The position numbers were made by a program, and so were the translations under genes. 64,000 nucleotides of DNA from a virus. Its lineage: Duplodnaviria > Caudoviricetes. The notes under the pieces are model-generated. The model had not been told where the DNA came from. It ran no database searches and saw only the letters and a list, made by a program, of their open reading frames with translations. How positions within the stretch are numbered: the stretch's first letter is position 1; every line of letters begins with the position of its first letter. Positions 41,383 to 55,007 of this stretch are shown here, piece by piece. Where the stretch lies: IMG/VR virus record IMGVR_UViG_3300025383_000009; one strand, 5' to 3'.

Positions 41383-42090
41383 TTATCCTACAGAAACTAC
41401 CCATTGAATCGCGATGGTTTCAGATGATGATTTAGAGATTACTGGGAATGTTGTCCTTGCAAGCATATAACCATGCCTAATAGTGTGGTTGATTCCAGAA
41501 CCAGGAGTTATAGTTAATGCTGTGTTTGATCCAGCATGGGCATAAGTGTCAGCTAACTTGATATTATCACCATCTACTTTGATTACATAGTAGATGCCGC
41601 CTTCTGATAGTCCACCTATAGCGGTACCACCGCCTGCAGAGTATGCGATCTGATCACCAGTATTTAAACCATGGCTCGATATGGTGATCTCATTGTTTGA
41701 ACCACCCACTGCTGTAGCAGCATTGAATGTTAATAACGTTGAAGAAGATTCATTGAATATACCAGCTTCTGTGATTGAACCTATACCTACACCATTACCA
41801 AAAGTAGCAGTAAACACTGCGCTTGTACCTGAAACTGTAGCAGTAGATAAGCTAACTCGTGCTAGCTCATTGAATAGTTGGATCTGTGTAGAGTCAGCTG
41901 TAGTGGAGCTTGAACCGATAGCCATATAGTTCATCACGTCAAGCGTGTTACTGGCTAACCTTGATGCTATGAAGTTTTTACCCAACGTCACTATAAGGTT
42001 ATTAAACTCTTCTGAATAGATTAGTTCTTTATTTTCATTGTATTTTTGTATCAACAACTTACCAGTTAATACAACGCTGTCTTTTAACAT
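41383..42090 (-). CDS. Baseplate-region structural protein with an inserted beta domain
   Basis: NNLIVTLGKNFIASRL..MAIGS...ITEAGIFN | insert | MLARTTFPVISK. Confidence 0.55.
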   Translation of the reverse strand: MLKDSVVLTGKLLIQKYNENKELIYSEEFNNLIVTLGKNFIASRLASNTLDVMNYMAIGSSSTTADSTQIQLFNELARVSLSTATVSGTSAVFTATFGNGVGIGSITEAGIFNESSSTLLTFNAATAVGGSNNEITISSHGLNTGDQIAYSAGGGTAIGGLSEGGIYYVIKVDGDNIKLADTYAHAGSNTALTITPGSGINHTIRHGYMLARTTFPVISKSSSETIAIQWVVSVG

Positions 42091-42106
42091 TTAGTGCTCC
42101 TTTATT

Positions 42107-43576
42107 CTATCCAGTAAACGTATGTGTCTCTGGAGGATTATAGTGTTCTGATGGGTCCATGTATACTTGTGAATCGTATGGATCAATACCGATTAGACCA
42201 CTACCAGTACCAGGTGTTAGATAGTCTGTTATCGTAGGTATATTTATAGTGGTAAATGTAGCTTGTGATATCCATTGACCTACTTCATTTGTAGCCCCAA
42301 CTATTGGTCCATAAGTATTTTGTATCTGGAACTCTCCAAACAAGGCAGTACCTGCTGGATGTAGGTAAGACTTAAGTATGTTTATGTAGTCACTTAGTCT
42401 TTCGTTTACTGTTACTATGTATGAGTACTTTTGATACTTATAGCTGTCTTGGATGACTATATCATCATCAAGGAACCCGTTATTGGAACTGTAGTAGCCT
42501 TGGTATTTTGCTACAGCTCCTATAGTAAAACCAATCAATAAGTAGTTAGGAGCTACTGTCTTACTAGTGTTAGCTTCTTGATAGAACTGCTGTAGTATTT
42601 CGCCCACATATGTAGGGTCTTGATAATCAGTCTCATCATAGTTAGGGTTAATGATATAACCATAGTCAGCAAATTGGTTTATGATACTATCATTGTTCAA
42701 GCTGTATTGGGTAGTTCCATCTTTGTCTATCTGTAACGTGGATGGTGTAGATATGGCTTGGTTTGACTGTAATAAGTAAAAGTCAGTGGTATACCCGCAA
42801 CCAAACTCAATGTTTGTTACAGCAGTTACCCCTCCCACATTATTGACGGCTGTCACCTTAAGCTTTTGTGTTATGATAGAACCATTTGATATCGTATTAC
42901 CAACTATCAAGTCACCTACCCTGAACCCGTTACCAGGATTTGCTATGTAGTATGATACGGTAGTTGGGATTATCTTACCGGTTACACCTGTGAAGGTAAC
43001 AGTATAGCCAGTCTTTATATCACCATAGTAGTTTCTATCAATAAAGATCTCATAGATGTTATCTCTCACATAGTTTACACGTACTACTATGACCTTTATG
43101 ATTTGGTTTGGGCCGTTGATATCGATCCTATTTCCAGGAAGTGTATTGATATCAGCAGTAGATCCTGTAGTATCAACGAAGATTGATATGTCTTGTTGCC
43201 ATTGACCGCTTGATGGGATCAATACTGATTTCCATGGGTATGATACATCAGCTGTCTTATTATATAAGATCTTAAATAAGAACTTGTATGCTTCTTCAAC
43301 ACCCTTCTTAGTGAATAACTCTTTAGCTTTCCTTAAGAATAGCCTTTGATCGATGTATGGGTATGTTGTGCCATAGATATCAAGTTCGTTCTTAAAGTAC
43401 TGTATGAAAGAATCTAACGTCTCGTCGATGTCTCTTAAGCTTTGGATATCTTTATACTCATACTCATCTTGATAAGCATAGTAAGCTTCTATAAACTCTA
43501 CGAATAAAGGGTACTGAGACCTGATAAATTCAGGTATCTGTTTAGTGACCGCAGTATGTAGAGGTATGTTTGACAT
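42107..43576 (-). CDS. gp7: Baseplate wedge initiator gp7-like
   Basis: QIPEFIRSQYPLFVEFIEAYY, KKGVEEAYKFLFKILYN, IQDSYKYQKYSY...LHPAG; position after gp6. Confidence 0.7.
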   Translation of the reverse strand: MSNIPLHTAVTKQIPEFIRSQYPLFVEFIEAYYAYQDEYEYKDIQSLRDIDETLDSFIQYFKNELDIYGTTYPYIDQRLFLRKAKELFTKKGVEEAYKFLFKILYNKTADVSYPWKSVLIPSSGQWQQDISIFVDTTGSTADINTLPGNRIDINGPNQIIKVIVVRVNYVRDNIYEIFIDRNYYGDIKTGYTVTFTGVTGKIIPTTVSYYIANPGNGFRVGDLIVGNTISNGSIITQKLKVTAVNNVGGVTAVTNIEFGCGYTTDFYLLQSNQAISTPSTLQIDKDGTTQYSLNNDSIINQFADYGYIINPNYDETDYQDPTYVGEILQQFYQEANTSKTVAPNYLLIGFTIGAVAKYQGYYSSNNGFLDDDIVIQDSYKYQKYSYIVTVNERLSDYINILKSYLHPAGTALFGEFQIQNTYGPIVGATNEVGQWISQATFTTINIPTITDYLTPGTGSGLIGIDPYDSQVYMDPSEHYNPPETHTFTG

Positions 43577-45423
43577 TAGTTATAGCTTGATGTGAATACG
43601 AAGTTAGAACCACCTGATGAGTTACCAACTGATGGCTTATCAATCACCACGTTAACGTTGATGTTAGCCGTTGGTATAGTAACTAGTTGGTTACGGACAG
43701 ACACCACGTCATTTGATTGAGGTTTGATGTTTAATAAGAATAACCCACCAGCTTGACTTAGATCGATGCCTGTGATCTCAAGGTCCGACATGATGATGTC
43801 ACCATTACTATAGTTGACTGAACCAAAAGTACGTACGTACGTCTTCACGTCTCCATTATAGTAGAACATCCTTAGCTGCCCAGTCGTACCACTTCCTGGC
43901 AAGTCTTCTATGTACATCTTGTTAGTGTTATTAGGGATATAGAAAGCTGTTGATAGGATAGATTGTTCTGCAACACCTGCATTATAGATCGGGTTACCAA
44001 GGTTGATGGTATAAGTTGCAGTAGTGTTATACTGTACAGCAACTTCCCTTTGTAGCTTAATAGTAGTGATGTTAGATACGATCGATGGCTCTGTCGCGTC
44101 TATCTGTGATGATAAGTTTGAGAACCTAAAGATACCAGTAAATGATTCAAGGTTCTTAGTATTATAAGCTTGGATAGTTTGAGATACCAATGTCTTGATA
44201 TCACTGCTTTGTAGAGATGTTAAGTTAGGGTTATAGTATACTGTAGTGTTTACCTCAAGGTTGATGTACTCCGGATCAACGATGACCGGTGTTATGGATA
44301 CTACGTTTAATGGCGCTAGCAATTCATTGATGATGTATGTCTTATCAGTCTCAGTTAAGTATTGTGATGACTTTGGTTGGATAGATAAGAATACTTGACC
44401 ATACACTGGAGGGACATTACTCTCTCCTCCCCATACGTTGACTGACTGGGCGTTTGAGTAGTTATTGAGGATGATGGTTTGATAATCGTTTGCAGTTACA
44501 GCTCTATTCTGTGTATTGAATGCTCTTGGTGCATTGAACCTAATTGATTCGATCGGCTCAACGTCTGAACCACCTTCTGCAGGTGTGAGTGTAGTTACAG
44601 CTACTGATCCACCCAATAGTGTTGGACCAGTGTATAAGAATATGTTTGCACCGTTTGGAGCATCAAGGTGTGTTATCATGTAGTTGATGTTAACTACGTT
44701 GCCGTTTGATAGTGCTTTACCTATGACTCCGTTACCAAACTCTATCTCATACTGTTGTCCTTGTATCTCTTTTACAAAGTATACTGCTGATTCACCGTTT
44801 AAGTTTGTTATGTTCTCTTCGTTTATGAAGGAAGTAAACACTGATGAAGTAGAGTTATCTTGTACACGCACGTTTAATGTAGATAAGTCAACTGGATTAT
44901 TAGGTATGATGTATTGTACACCATCCGCTACAGTATAGCTATAGTTTAAATTTACACCTTCTGTTAACTTAACATTTGTAAAAGTATATGTAGACCCACT
45001 CAATGATGCTTGGATAGCTTCCATGTTATAGAAAGTATAAGTAGTGCCGTTTACGTTTGATGTAAATGAGCTCATCGCTGGGATGATAAGGGTTGCTGGT
45101 GTAGTAGTAGTTGCAGACACAGTGATGTTGACTGTTGCTGTCGCGCATCTTGCAGAGTAAGGTACGTAACCGATCTCCTTAGCTCGTGATACAACAGATG
45201 CCCTCTTACTTGCAGAGTCAAGGAACGATTCGTTTACAGCAAGATTAGTGTATAAGCCGTTGTAGTGTGTATTGTAGGCAAGGATGTCTAGTAGTACTGA
45301 TAAGCCAGAACCATTGAAGTTATAGTCAGAAAACGTGCTTTGACCTTGTAAGTATGTTTGGATGTTAGCCTTGATCTTGTCAAAGTCTAATTCAGATACT
45401 GATATGTTGTTATTTGCTGGCAT
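43576..45423 (-). CDS. gp6: Baseplate wedge protein gp6
   Basis: ELDFDKIKANI..YL..Q..FSDYNFNGSGLSVLLDILAYNTHY, ESFLDSA..R.SVVS.AK.IGY, QNRAVTANDY. Confidence 0.93.
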   Translation of the reverse strand: MPANNNISVSELDFDKIKANIQTYLQGQSTFSDYNFNGSGLSVLLDILAYNTHYNGLYTNLAVNESFLDSASKRASVVSRAKEIGYVPYSARCATATVNITVSATTTTPATLIIPAMSSFTSNVNGTTYTFYNMEAIQASLSGSTYTFTNVKLTEGVNLNYSYTVADGVQYIIPNNPVDLSTLNVRVQDNSTSSVFTSFINEENITNLNGESAVYFVKEIQGQQYEIEFGNGVIGKALSNGNVVNINYMITHLDAPNGANIFLYTGPTLLGGSVAVTTLTPAEGGSDVEPIESIRFNAPRAFNTQNRAVTANDYQTIILNNYSNAQSVNVWGGESNVPPVYGQVFLSIQPKSSQYLTETDKTYIINELLAPLNVVSITPVIVDPEYINLEVNTTVYYNPNLTSLQSSDIKTLVSQTIQAYNTKNLESFTGIFRFSNLSSQIDATEPSIVSNITTIKLQREVAVQYNTTATYTINLGNPIYNAGVAEQSILSTAFYIPNNTNKMYIEDLPGSGTTGQLRMFYYNGDVKTYVRTFGSVNYSNGDIIMSDLEITGIDLSQAGGLFLLNIKPQSNDVVSVRNQLVTIPTANINVNVVIDKPSVGNSSGGSNFVFTSSYN

Positions 45424-45815
45424 TATCGGCTTCTCGTTAAAATGATATCTACAGCTATCGGTGTAGATGTGTTTACAATAGTAAATGTTACTGACACATA
45501 GACTTCATTATTATCTGGTGAGAGTGTGACTAGTACATCTATCAAGTTAACTCTTGGTTCAAAGTTGATGATGACGTCTTGTATAGCTCTCTTAAGTAAT
45601 ACGTTGAGCATCGGTGTTGCTGGCTCAAATAATAAACCTCTTACCTGTGATCCAATCTCTGAATGGAATGGCCTCTCATAGTTTTGTGTAAGCACTAGGT
45701 TCTTTACAGAAGCCTTGATGTCTTCTGCATCATACTTGATATTAACATCATGCGTGACAGGGTGCATCGCGAACGATAAGTCTATATCAGAGAATGTCCT
45801 TGTATTACGTGCCAT
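45423..45815 (-). CDS. gp25: Baseplate wedge protein gp25
   Basis: FSDIDLSF, IKASVKNLVLT..ERPF..EIGS, FEPRV. Confidence 0.93.
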   Translation of the reverse strand: MARNTRTFSDIDLSFAMHPVTHDVNIKYDAEDIKASVKNLVLTQNYERPFHSEIGSQVRGLLFEPATPMLNVLLKRAIQDVIINFEPRVNLIDVLVTLSPDNNEVYVSVTFTIVNTSTPIAVDIILTRSR

Positions 45816-45828
45816 TTATTATTTATGC

Positions 45829-46113
45829 CTATCCAAAGAATACGTTTTGTGAGCCTTGTGCTACTACAGACCCACAATCTATCGGGTCACCTATACGCAT
45901 AGCAGCTCTTCCATTAATGAATACTTTACTTGATCCTTCTTGTCCTCTCCCATCATGACATATGATGGTACAACAATGTGTTTCCCATAGATCACCTACA
46001 CGTGCAATACCTACACCGTTTGCAAACACGTTGCTAGATCCTTCCATCACAGTACGTGGTGGGAAACAACCATGTCCTGAACAAACATCACCAATCCTAG
46101 TTCCAGCTGCCAT
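45829..46113 (-). CDS. gp5.4: PAAR-domain spike tip protein gp5.4
   Basis: RIGD.CSGHGCFPP...GSSNVFANG..ARVGD...HCC...GSSKVFING.AAMRIGD.IDCGS. Confidence 0.9.
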   Translation of the reverse strand: MAAGTRIGDVCSGHGCFPPRTVMEGSSNVFANGVGIARVGDLWETHCCTIICHDGRGQEGSSKVFINGRAAMRIGDPIDCGSVVAQGSQNVFFG

Positions 46114-47447
46114 TATGCAATAGTACCATAAGAAGTAACACTTTGTACAGTAGTGAGGTTACCGTTTGAATCAAGCATAGCTACATGTACACCAGTAGTT
46201 CCAGTTAAGTACATGAATATTAGTTGTCCACTTGCACCTTGTAATACAGTCCAATTTGTTGTTCCGAATCCTGGTCCTGTTGGTCCTGATGCACCACCCG
46301 TTGGACCTTGAATACCTGTAGCTCCTGTTAAACCCGATGCACCTTGAGTTCCTGTAGCACCTGTAGCACCTGTTTTACCTGTGGATCCGCTTGCACCTGA
46401 TGCACCACCAGTTGGACCTTGAATACCTGTTGCACCAGGCAAACCTGTAGATCCACTCGAACCTTGAGTTCCTGTAGCACCGCTTGCACCTATTGGTCCT
46501 GTTGAACCAGTAGCTCCTCTACCAGTCGCACCTATTGGTCCTGTTGCACCTGGAATGTTTGATACACCCGCTGGACCTGTAGATCCTGTCGGACCAGTAG
46601 CACCTGATGCACCGCTTGCACCCTGTGGACCTGATGCACCACCTGTATCTCCTTGCGGGCCTGTTGCTCCTGTATAACCTGTCGCTCCTGTCGCACCAGT
46701 ATAACCTGTTGCACCTGTCGAACCAACAGGTCCTGATGCACCACCAGTTGGACCTTGAATACCTGTTGCGCCAGGCAAACCTGTCGCTCCACTTGCACCA
46801 GTAACACCTGTTGCACCTGTATATCCTGTAGCACCGCTTGCACCTTGATAACCTGTAGCACCTGTAGCACCAACACCGCTTGCACCTTGTGGACCTGTAG
46901 ATCCTGTTGAACCTGGTAACCCTGCACCTGTAGCGCCAACACCGCTTGCACCTTGTGGACCCGTAGATCCTGTAGCGCCCGTTAATCCTGCACCTGTCGC
47001 ACCTGTCGAACCTGTTAAGCCCGTCGATCCGCTCGAACCTTGGATACCTGTGGCACCTGTCGAACCTGTTAAACCTGTTGAACCACTCGCACCTTGATAA
47101 CCCGTCGCTCCTGTAGTTCCAGTATAACCTGTGGCACCTTGTGGACCAGTTGCACCTTGTGGACCTGTAACGTTACCTACGTCAACCCATGATGCACCTT
47201 GCCAAACCCATAAGTGACCAGTATTAGTCGTGATGTATCCATCACCTATTGTATTTCCAGTGAGTGGTAGTAATGATGAGTTAGCAACAGAACCTTTAAT
47301 CGTTACTGATTGACCGATAGGACCTTGTGCACCTGTTGCACCTGGAGTTCCTGTAGCTCCTGTGTATCCTGTGGCTCCAGTAGAACCTGTAGAACCTATC
47401 GGTCCTTGTATCGTTCCTGAAGCTAGTTGTTGTAGAGTTATCGTCAT
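46113..47447 (-). CDS. Collagen-like fibre protein
   Basis: About 330 aa of Gly-X-Y triplets flanking a small HLWVW..WVDVG domain. Confidence 0.75.
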   Translation of the reverse strand: MTITLQQLASGTIQGPIGSTGSTGATGYTGATGTPGATGAQGPIGQSVTIKGSVANSSLLPLTGNTIGDGYITTNTGHLWVWQGASWVDVGNVTGPQGATGPQGATGYTGTTGATGYQGASGSTGLTGSTGATGIQGSSGSTGLTGSTGATGAGLTGATGSTGPQGASGVGATGAGLPGSTGSTGPQGASGVGATGATGYQGASGATGYTGATGVTGASGATGLPGATGIQGPTGGASGPVGSTGATGYTGATGATGYTGATGPQGDTGGASGPQGASGASGATGPTGSTGPAGVSNIPGATGPIGATGRGATGSTGPIGASGATGTQGSSGSTGLPGATGIQGPTGGASGASGSTGKTGATGATGTQGASGLTGATGIQGPTGGASGPTGPGFGTTNWTVLQGASGQLIFMYLTGTTGVHVAMLDSNGNLTTVQSVTSYGTIA

Positions 47448-47456
47448 TTATTTTCC

Positions 47457-49079
47457 CTATACATACTCATAGATGATTACTATACCTGAACCACCTTGTC
47501 CGCCCGTTTGATATCCTGGAGTTCCAGCTCCACCACCTCCACCACCGCCTGCAGAACCAGGCCCAGCGTTTCCACCACCGTGTCCACCACCAAACCCGCT
47601 TCCAGATCCGAGGTAACCAGCACCGCCTTCACCACCACCTGTAGTAGAGTATATACCACCGCCACCTGCAGAGCCACCTGATCCAATCAAGTTAACGTCA
47701 CCGCCTGTCGCAGTACCACCAGCACCACCCGCGTTTGTTCCTGCACCGCTGTTACCGTTTGATCCACCTGTACATGTTAGGAAACTACCAAACGTTGTCG
47801 TACCAGCTGGTCCACCCACAGTTATAGCAGTGATAGTAGATAGCACGTTTGACATGATCTTCTTGATCGCCATACCACCTCCACCTCCACCACCTCCACC
47901 ATAGTATGCGGATCCTGCTGTGGTACCGTTTCCACCATTACCGCCTCCACCTACAGTGTGTACTACGATATAACCTGGGTTATTAACCGTCTTATCATAT
48001 CCTGTTGCACCAGCAGTATTGAATGATGTTATACCTATTAAGATACCACTTAAACCTTGTGGGCCTGTCGCTCCACTTGCTCCTGTAATCCCTGTTGCAC
48101 CCGTATAACCAGTCGCTCCTGTAGCTCCTGTAAACCCTGTTGCACCTGATGCACCGTCAATACCTTGTGGACCTGTAGAACCTTGTGGTCCTGTTGCTCC
48201 TTGATAACCAGTAGCACCACTTGCACCTGTGTCTCCTTGAAGACCACTTGCACCTATAGGACCTGTTGCTCCTGTATAACCAGTAGCTCCGCTTGCTCCA
48301 TCTATACCAGTGGCACCGCTCGCGCCTTGGTATCCTGTAGCACCTGTATAACCTGTTGCACCTGTATATCCTGTCGCTCCAGTAGAACCATCATATCCAC
48401 TAGCACCTGTTAACCCGGTAGAACCGCTTGCTCCTTGATAACCAGTGGCACCTTGTGGACCTGTAGCTCCTGTGTAACCTGTCGCACCCGTTGCTCCACT
48501 ATATCCTGTAGCACCTGTTGAACCCGTATAACCTGTCGCACCTGTTGCACCAAACCCTGTAGCACCTGTCGCTCCTGGACCACCCGTTGCACCTGTTGCA
48601 CCAGAAGGACCAACTGTTGATACTACTAACCATTGTGAACCGTCAAAGGTAAAGTATACTAGCACTCTAGCTATGTTGATGAGTAAGTCGTCATCATACC
48701 CATCGATGTTATGTCCATTACGTAGTATGGTTAATGGGTTTTGTTGCCAATTACCACCATCTTGTAATAGTATTGACATACCAGTCGTTGGTGTTGCTGG
48801 TAGTGTTATGCTAAAAGAACCACCGCTTGTATCAGCTATGATCTGGTCATACGCATACAAGGATGGGTCTAATACGATTGAATTCGTAACCCTCTGCCAA
48901 TGTAGACCTGGTTGTACCCAACTCCTTGTACCATCAACGTTTGATGCTAGTACATAGCCGCTGTACGCTGGTAGTCCTAAGTTAGGTTCTGCTTCTGATA
49001 GTTGTAAAAACTCATACCTGTCTGGTGATACACCAGATGGCGGTATGACTTTAACTTTACCAGATAATATTCTAGCCAT
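47457..49079 (-). CDS. Fibre protein: gp9/10/34-like baseplate-binding repeat, collagen segment and glycine-rich tip
   Basis: [17 protein letters not shown]...D..NW...PLTI.RNG..IDG motif; Gly-X-Y run; poly-Gly GGGGGGG C-terminal domain. Confidence 0.68.
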   Translation of the reverse strand: MARILSGKVKVIPPSGVSPDRYEFLQLSEAEPNLGLPAYSGYVLASNVDGTRSWVQPGLHWQRVTNSIVLDPSLYAYDQIIADTSGGSFSITLPATPTTGMSILLQDGGNWQQNPLTILRNGHNIDGYDDDLLINIARVLVYFTFDGSQWLVVSTVGPSGATGATGGPGATGATGFGATGATGYTGSTGATGYSGATGATGYTGATGPQGATGYQGASGSTGLTGASGYDGSTGATGYTGATGYTGATGYQGASGATGIDGASGATGYTGATGPIGASGLQGDTGASGATGYQGATGPQGSTGPQGIDGASGATGFTGATGATGYTGATGITGASGATGPQGLSGILIGITSFNTAGATGYDKTVNNPGYIVVHTVGGGGNGGNGTTAGSAYYGGGGGGGGGMAIKKIMSNVLSTITAITVGGPAGTTTFGSFLTCTGGSNGNSGAGTNAGGAGGTATGGDVNLIGSGGSAGGGGIYSTTGGGEGGAGYLGSGSGFGGGHGGGNAGPGSAGGGGGGGAGTPGYQTGGQGGSGIVIIYEYV

Positions 49080-49403
49080 TTACTGATTCCAAGATACTTA
49101 ATGTTATTTTAAATTTACTGTTATCACTCGCTGATACTGATATTGAGTGACCGGTTTCAAGTACTAGTTTACCCGTAATTGCAGAAGCTGAATCATTGCC
49201 AGGTATAAGAAAGTCTTTGATAAGCTCTGTAGTAGTTGAATTAAATTGATGTGTAAACGTTACTGTGCCAGAAGTACCAGAGACGTTAGCTATCTGCGCC
49301 ATCAATATGATAGATGATTTACCAGCTGGTGCAGTATAGATGACTGTATCAGCTGTGGTTATTTCTGCTGTCGTGGTTTTAAATACGTTTAATGCTATAG
49401 CCA

Positions 49404-49404
<1 letters not shown>
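49072..49404 (-). CDS. Small structural hypothetical protein
   Basis: LNVFKT...[17 protein letters not shown]...KLVLETG pattern common in T4-like structural clusters. Confidence 0.5.
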
Positions 49405-52068
<2,664 letters not shown>

Positions 52069-52072
<4 letters not shown>

Positions 52073-52647
52073 AGTAGTAAGTTATTCTCCCAATCTACGG
52101 AGTCCAGTAGTTTGTTTATCCAGCCAACTTTATCTTTATTATTATTTATCCATTCTACCAGGATCTTTTGCTGATATCTGGTTAAATGAGTGAATTTAAT
52201 TAGTTGGTTCCGGCCAGTCTGCCAGTTGTTCTCTACAACTATAGTATACGTTTGCTGCTCATTATTTGCCTTAGCTATATAGCTATAAGTCTTGCTTACA
52301 GTAGGGTCTGCATGGTAGTAGTATACTTCTGATAGTGTACCATCAGCCACAGCCATGACTATATCACTCCAATGTGATACCGTCTTAAACTTATCATCAA
52401 CAGTCCTATAATGGATCTCGTTATTGAACGCATCCGTATAGTAACCAGTGATGGTATTACCCGATACATTAATAGTCGTGTTAGGTTCTACTGCAGTGAT
52501 AGTCACAGGGTATGCTTGTCCTCCTGTGGATACACCCACACCTGTAGCTCCATAAGTCGGTGTAGTACTAGCAACGTAAGTTACGTTTTGTTTTACGTTC
52601 TCAAGCTCATGGACTGTAGTTAGTCTTGTAGGTACTGGTGAAAACAT
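52069..52647 (-). CDS. Hypothetical protein downstream of gp5
   Basis: Intact, coupled ORF; no recognised motif. Confidence 0.5.
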
Positions 52648-55007
52648 TATTGAATCAGTAAGTACTGTCCTATGTTACCTACACGCGCATGATCCCTCAT
52701 AGTAAACGACTGCTTCCTGTTATTTGTATATGAGAACGATACATGGATCCATACAGTCGATGCACCTGAATACTCAAGTAATAGTTGGTCATATGGTATG
52801 ATCTGCTGTATAGCTTGGATAGCTTCATAATGTTTTTGCCTATCAAATCCTGGTATGACTAAGTCCGCAGCTTGACCCAAATAATGCTGTGAAGTAGGCG
52901 AAGACTGAGCTACATCACCAGGTCTCCTGAATCCAGAAGTTATTTGGATATTAGGGTACAAACCAATGATTGCTTCAAGGCAGTTCTCTGCAAGCCCTTT
53001 AAGGTTGCATACGATCTGTTGTGGTGTTAACCCTTGTTGGGCAACGGGCATACGGGTACCGTTCTGTGTAAACGTTGCAAGCTTAAAGTGTGTTGATAAC
53101 TGTAGGTCTGGACTAAAGTCACTCATACCGTTTATGATGTTACAGCTTTGTGGTAATGGTGCCACATCATTTGGTTTGACATCAGTCGTACCGTTAGTAG
53201 TACCAGAGTTAACTTCATTAGCGTCAAGCGTACCATCGCTGATTTGTTTTGCTATGTAGTCTGCAGGGTCACCTTCGTCAGGCGTCTCAAACACTGATGC
53301 AGCTTCAAGACCTCGTGTCACAACGACAAGGTTTGGAAACTCTGGTTCACCTTCTACAGTTGGTATAGATAATCCAGTCTTGTTAGCAGAACCTGCACGA
53401 CCATCGCCCAAGTCTAGACGCACACCGTCCATGTTAAGTGTTGCACCAGCTAGTACGTTCGTAGAAGCAGATGACTCAAGGTTTAAACTGTTACCAGAGT
53501 ATATGTTTGTGGCTCCAGTAGATTCGATGTTGACTGATCCAGCCATGAGGTTGAATGCACCAGCCACAGCAACGTTCATGTTGTTATTGACTTGTAAGTT
53601 AACATCACCTTCTACAGTAACGTTGAGTGCGCCCTTGATATGTACAAAGCCGTTACGCTCCATTATCTCATACCCATCACCAACTATACGGTTAACTTGT
53701 GTACCGTTTGCGTCTATCTCTGTAAATGTACCTGACTTATGGTAAGTATGGATACGTTCGGATCCTTTTGTATCATCAAACTCCATAACATGGCCAGACT
53801 CGGTCATCATTACATGGTTAAACGGGTACTTGGCATTGTACGGTATCTGTGATTGGTCCCATGTAACACCAACAGACTTGACTCCCTTATCTCGCGTTTG
53901 CTCTTTAGTGTATACGATGGTCTTACGGATGTCTTCAGCTCTCGCTAACTTATTGGTGTCTGCTTCATTGATGTATAGAGGGTACTTACCGTTTGGGTCT
54001 TTAAATCCTATAACTGAAGCTGAAGCAGTATTACTTAACCCTGATGCATTTGGAGTAGAGTCTACTGGTGGGTTTACAGGTGTATTGACAGGGGATAGAT
54101 CACCTGATACAGTTGGCACGCCATCCTTCAAGAATAGTTGTGACTCTGCAGATCTGCGCTTTGTTAATCCTGCTAACACTTGTCCACCAGCTTTATTATA
54201 GTTTGAGAACTGGTTTGCACACCCCATATAATCGGGTATGTTTAGTGTTGATAGAAGCGTTGACTTAGAGTATGTACCAGAACCAAGGTTATACACGAAT
54301 GAACACATAGAATCAAACATCGATTGGGTTATTGGTGCTTTCGTTGCAGAGTATAGTATTGGGTATACAGACTTAGTGAAGTGTGCTAGTAAGTATTCGT
54401 TTGCTTGGCTTTCAGTTATAGTCATACCTGCTGTTACAGGTGATCCATTGATTGTGGTAGTACCATAACCAATCGTCCATACACCCACAGAGTCTTGATA
54501 AGAAGTTAGTCTCAACCCTTCAAACTGCTTGATGAGTGATATAGCATCTGATGAAGCTGTATACGTATTTGCTGGGTTTAATCCTGGTGTATCTGTAGGA
54601 GGGTTTGAGTCAGTATTAGCAACTATATTACCGTTTACGTCTGTAGTGGTTTGCTGTGATGTAGGAGCAAGAAAACCATCTGACTTTAATATCATTTGGT
54701 TATTGTCTTGATCTATAGATCCTTGTGCTTGAGGGATACCACCGATGACACCAAGCATGATAGGCTGTTGTTCTGCCTCGTCCCTGAACATGATGATCAC
54801 CCATGTGCCTTCGACTGGACCTAACGGTGTGGTACCAATACCAGATATACCAGCAGAGGTGACTGGTTGCATTGGGAATGCCCATGGTAGTTCATAAGTT
54901 GGTAGTACACTAGCATCGTAGTTATGTAGACCTACGACACGAACTTGACACCTACCAAGTTTTAATGGGTCTTGTCTATTCTCAACGCATCCTGTATACA
55001 ACTTCAT
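52647..55007 (-). CDS. gp5: Baseplate hub spike gp5 with GH24 lysozyme and C-terminal M15-type peptidase
   Basis: OB fold VENRQDPLKLGRCQVRV.G.H...LPWA; lysozyme FEGLRLTSYQDSVGVWT (E-x8-D-x5-T); beta-helix ESGHVMEFDDT.GSERI; C-terminal SGFR..SQH..GQAAD..WIHVS. Confidence 0.9.
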   Translation of the reverse strand: MKLYTGCVENRQDPLKLGRCQVRVVGLHNYDASVLPTYELPWAFPMQPVTSAGISGIGTTPLGPVEGTWVIIMFRDEAEQQPIMLGVIGGIPQAQGSIDQDNNQMILKSDGFLAPTSQQTTTDVNGNIVANTDSNPPTDTPGLNPANTYTASSDAISLIKQFEGLRLTSYQDSVGVWTIGYGTTTINGSPVTAGMTITESQANEYLLAHFTKSVYPILYSATKAPITQSMFDSMCSFVYNLGSGTYSKSTLLSTLNIPDYMGCANQFSNYNKAGGQVLAGLTKRRSAESQLFLKDGVPTVSGDLSPVNTPVNPPVDSTPNASGLSNTASASVIGFKDPNGKYPLYINEADTNKLARAEDIRKTIVYTKEQTRDKGVKSVGVTWDQSQIPYNAKYPFNHVMMTESGHVMEFDDTKGSERIHTYHKSGTFTEIDANGTQVNRIVGDGYEIMERNGFVHIKGALNVTVEGDVNLQVNNNMNVAVAGAFNLMAGSVNIESTGATNIYSGNSLNLESSASTNVLAGATLNMDGVRLDLGDGRAGSANKTGLSIPTVEGEPEFPNLVVVTRGLEAASVFETPDEGDPADYIAKQISDGTLDANEVNSGTTNGTTDVKPNDVAPLPQSCNIINGMSDFSPDLQLSTHFKLATFTQNGTRMPVAQQGLTPQQIVCNLKGLAENCLEAIIGLYPNIQITSGFRRPGDVAQSSPTSQHYLGQAADLVIPGFDRQKHYEAIQAIQQIIPYDQLLLEYSGASTVWIHVSFSYTNNRKQSFTMRDHARVGNIGQYLLIQ

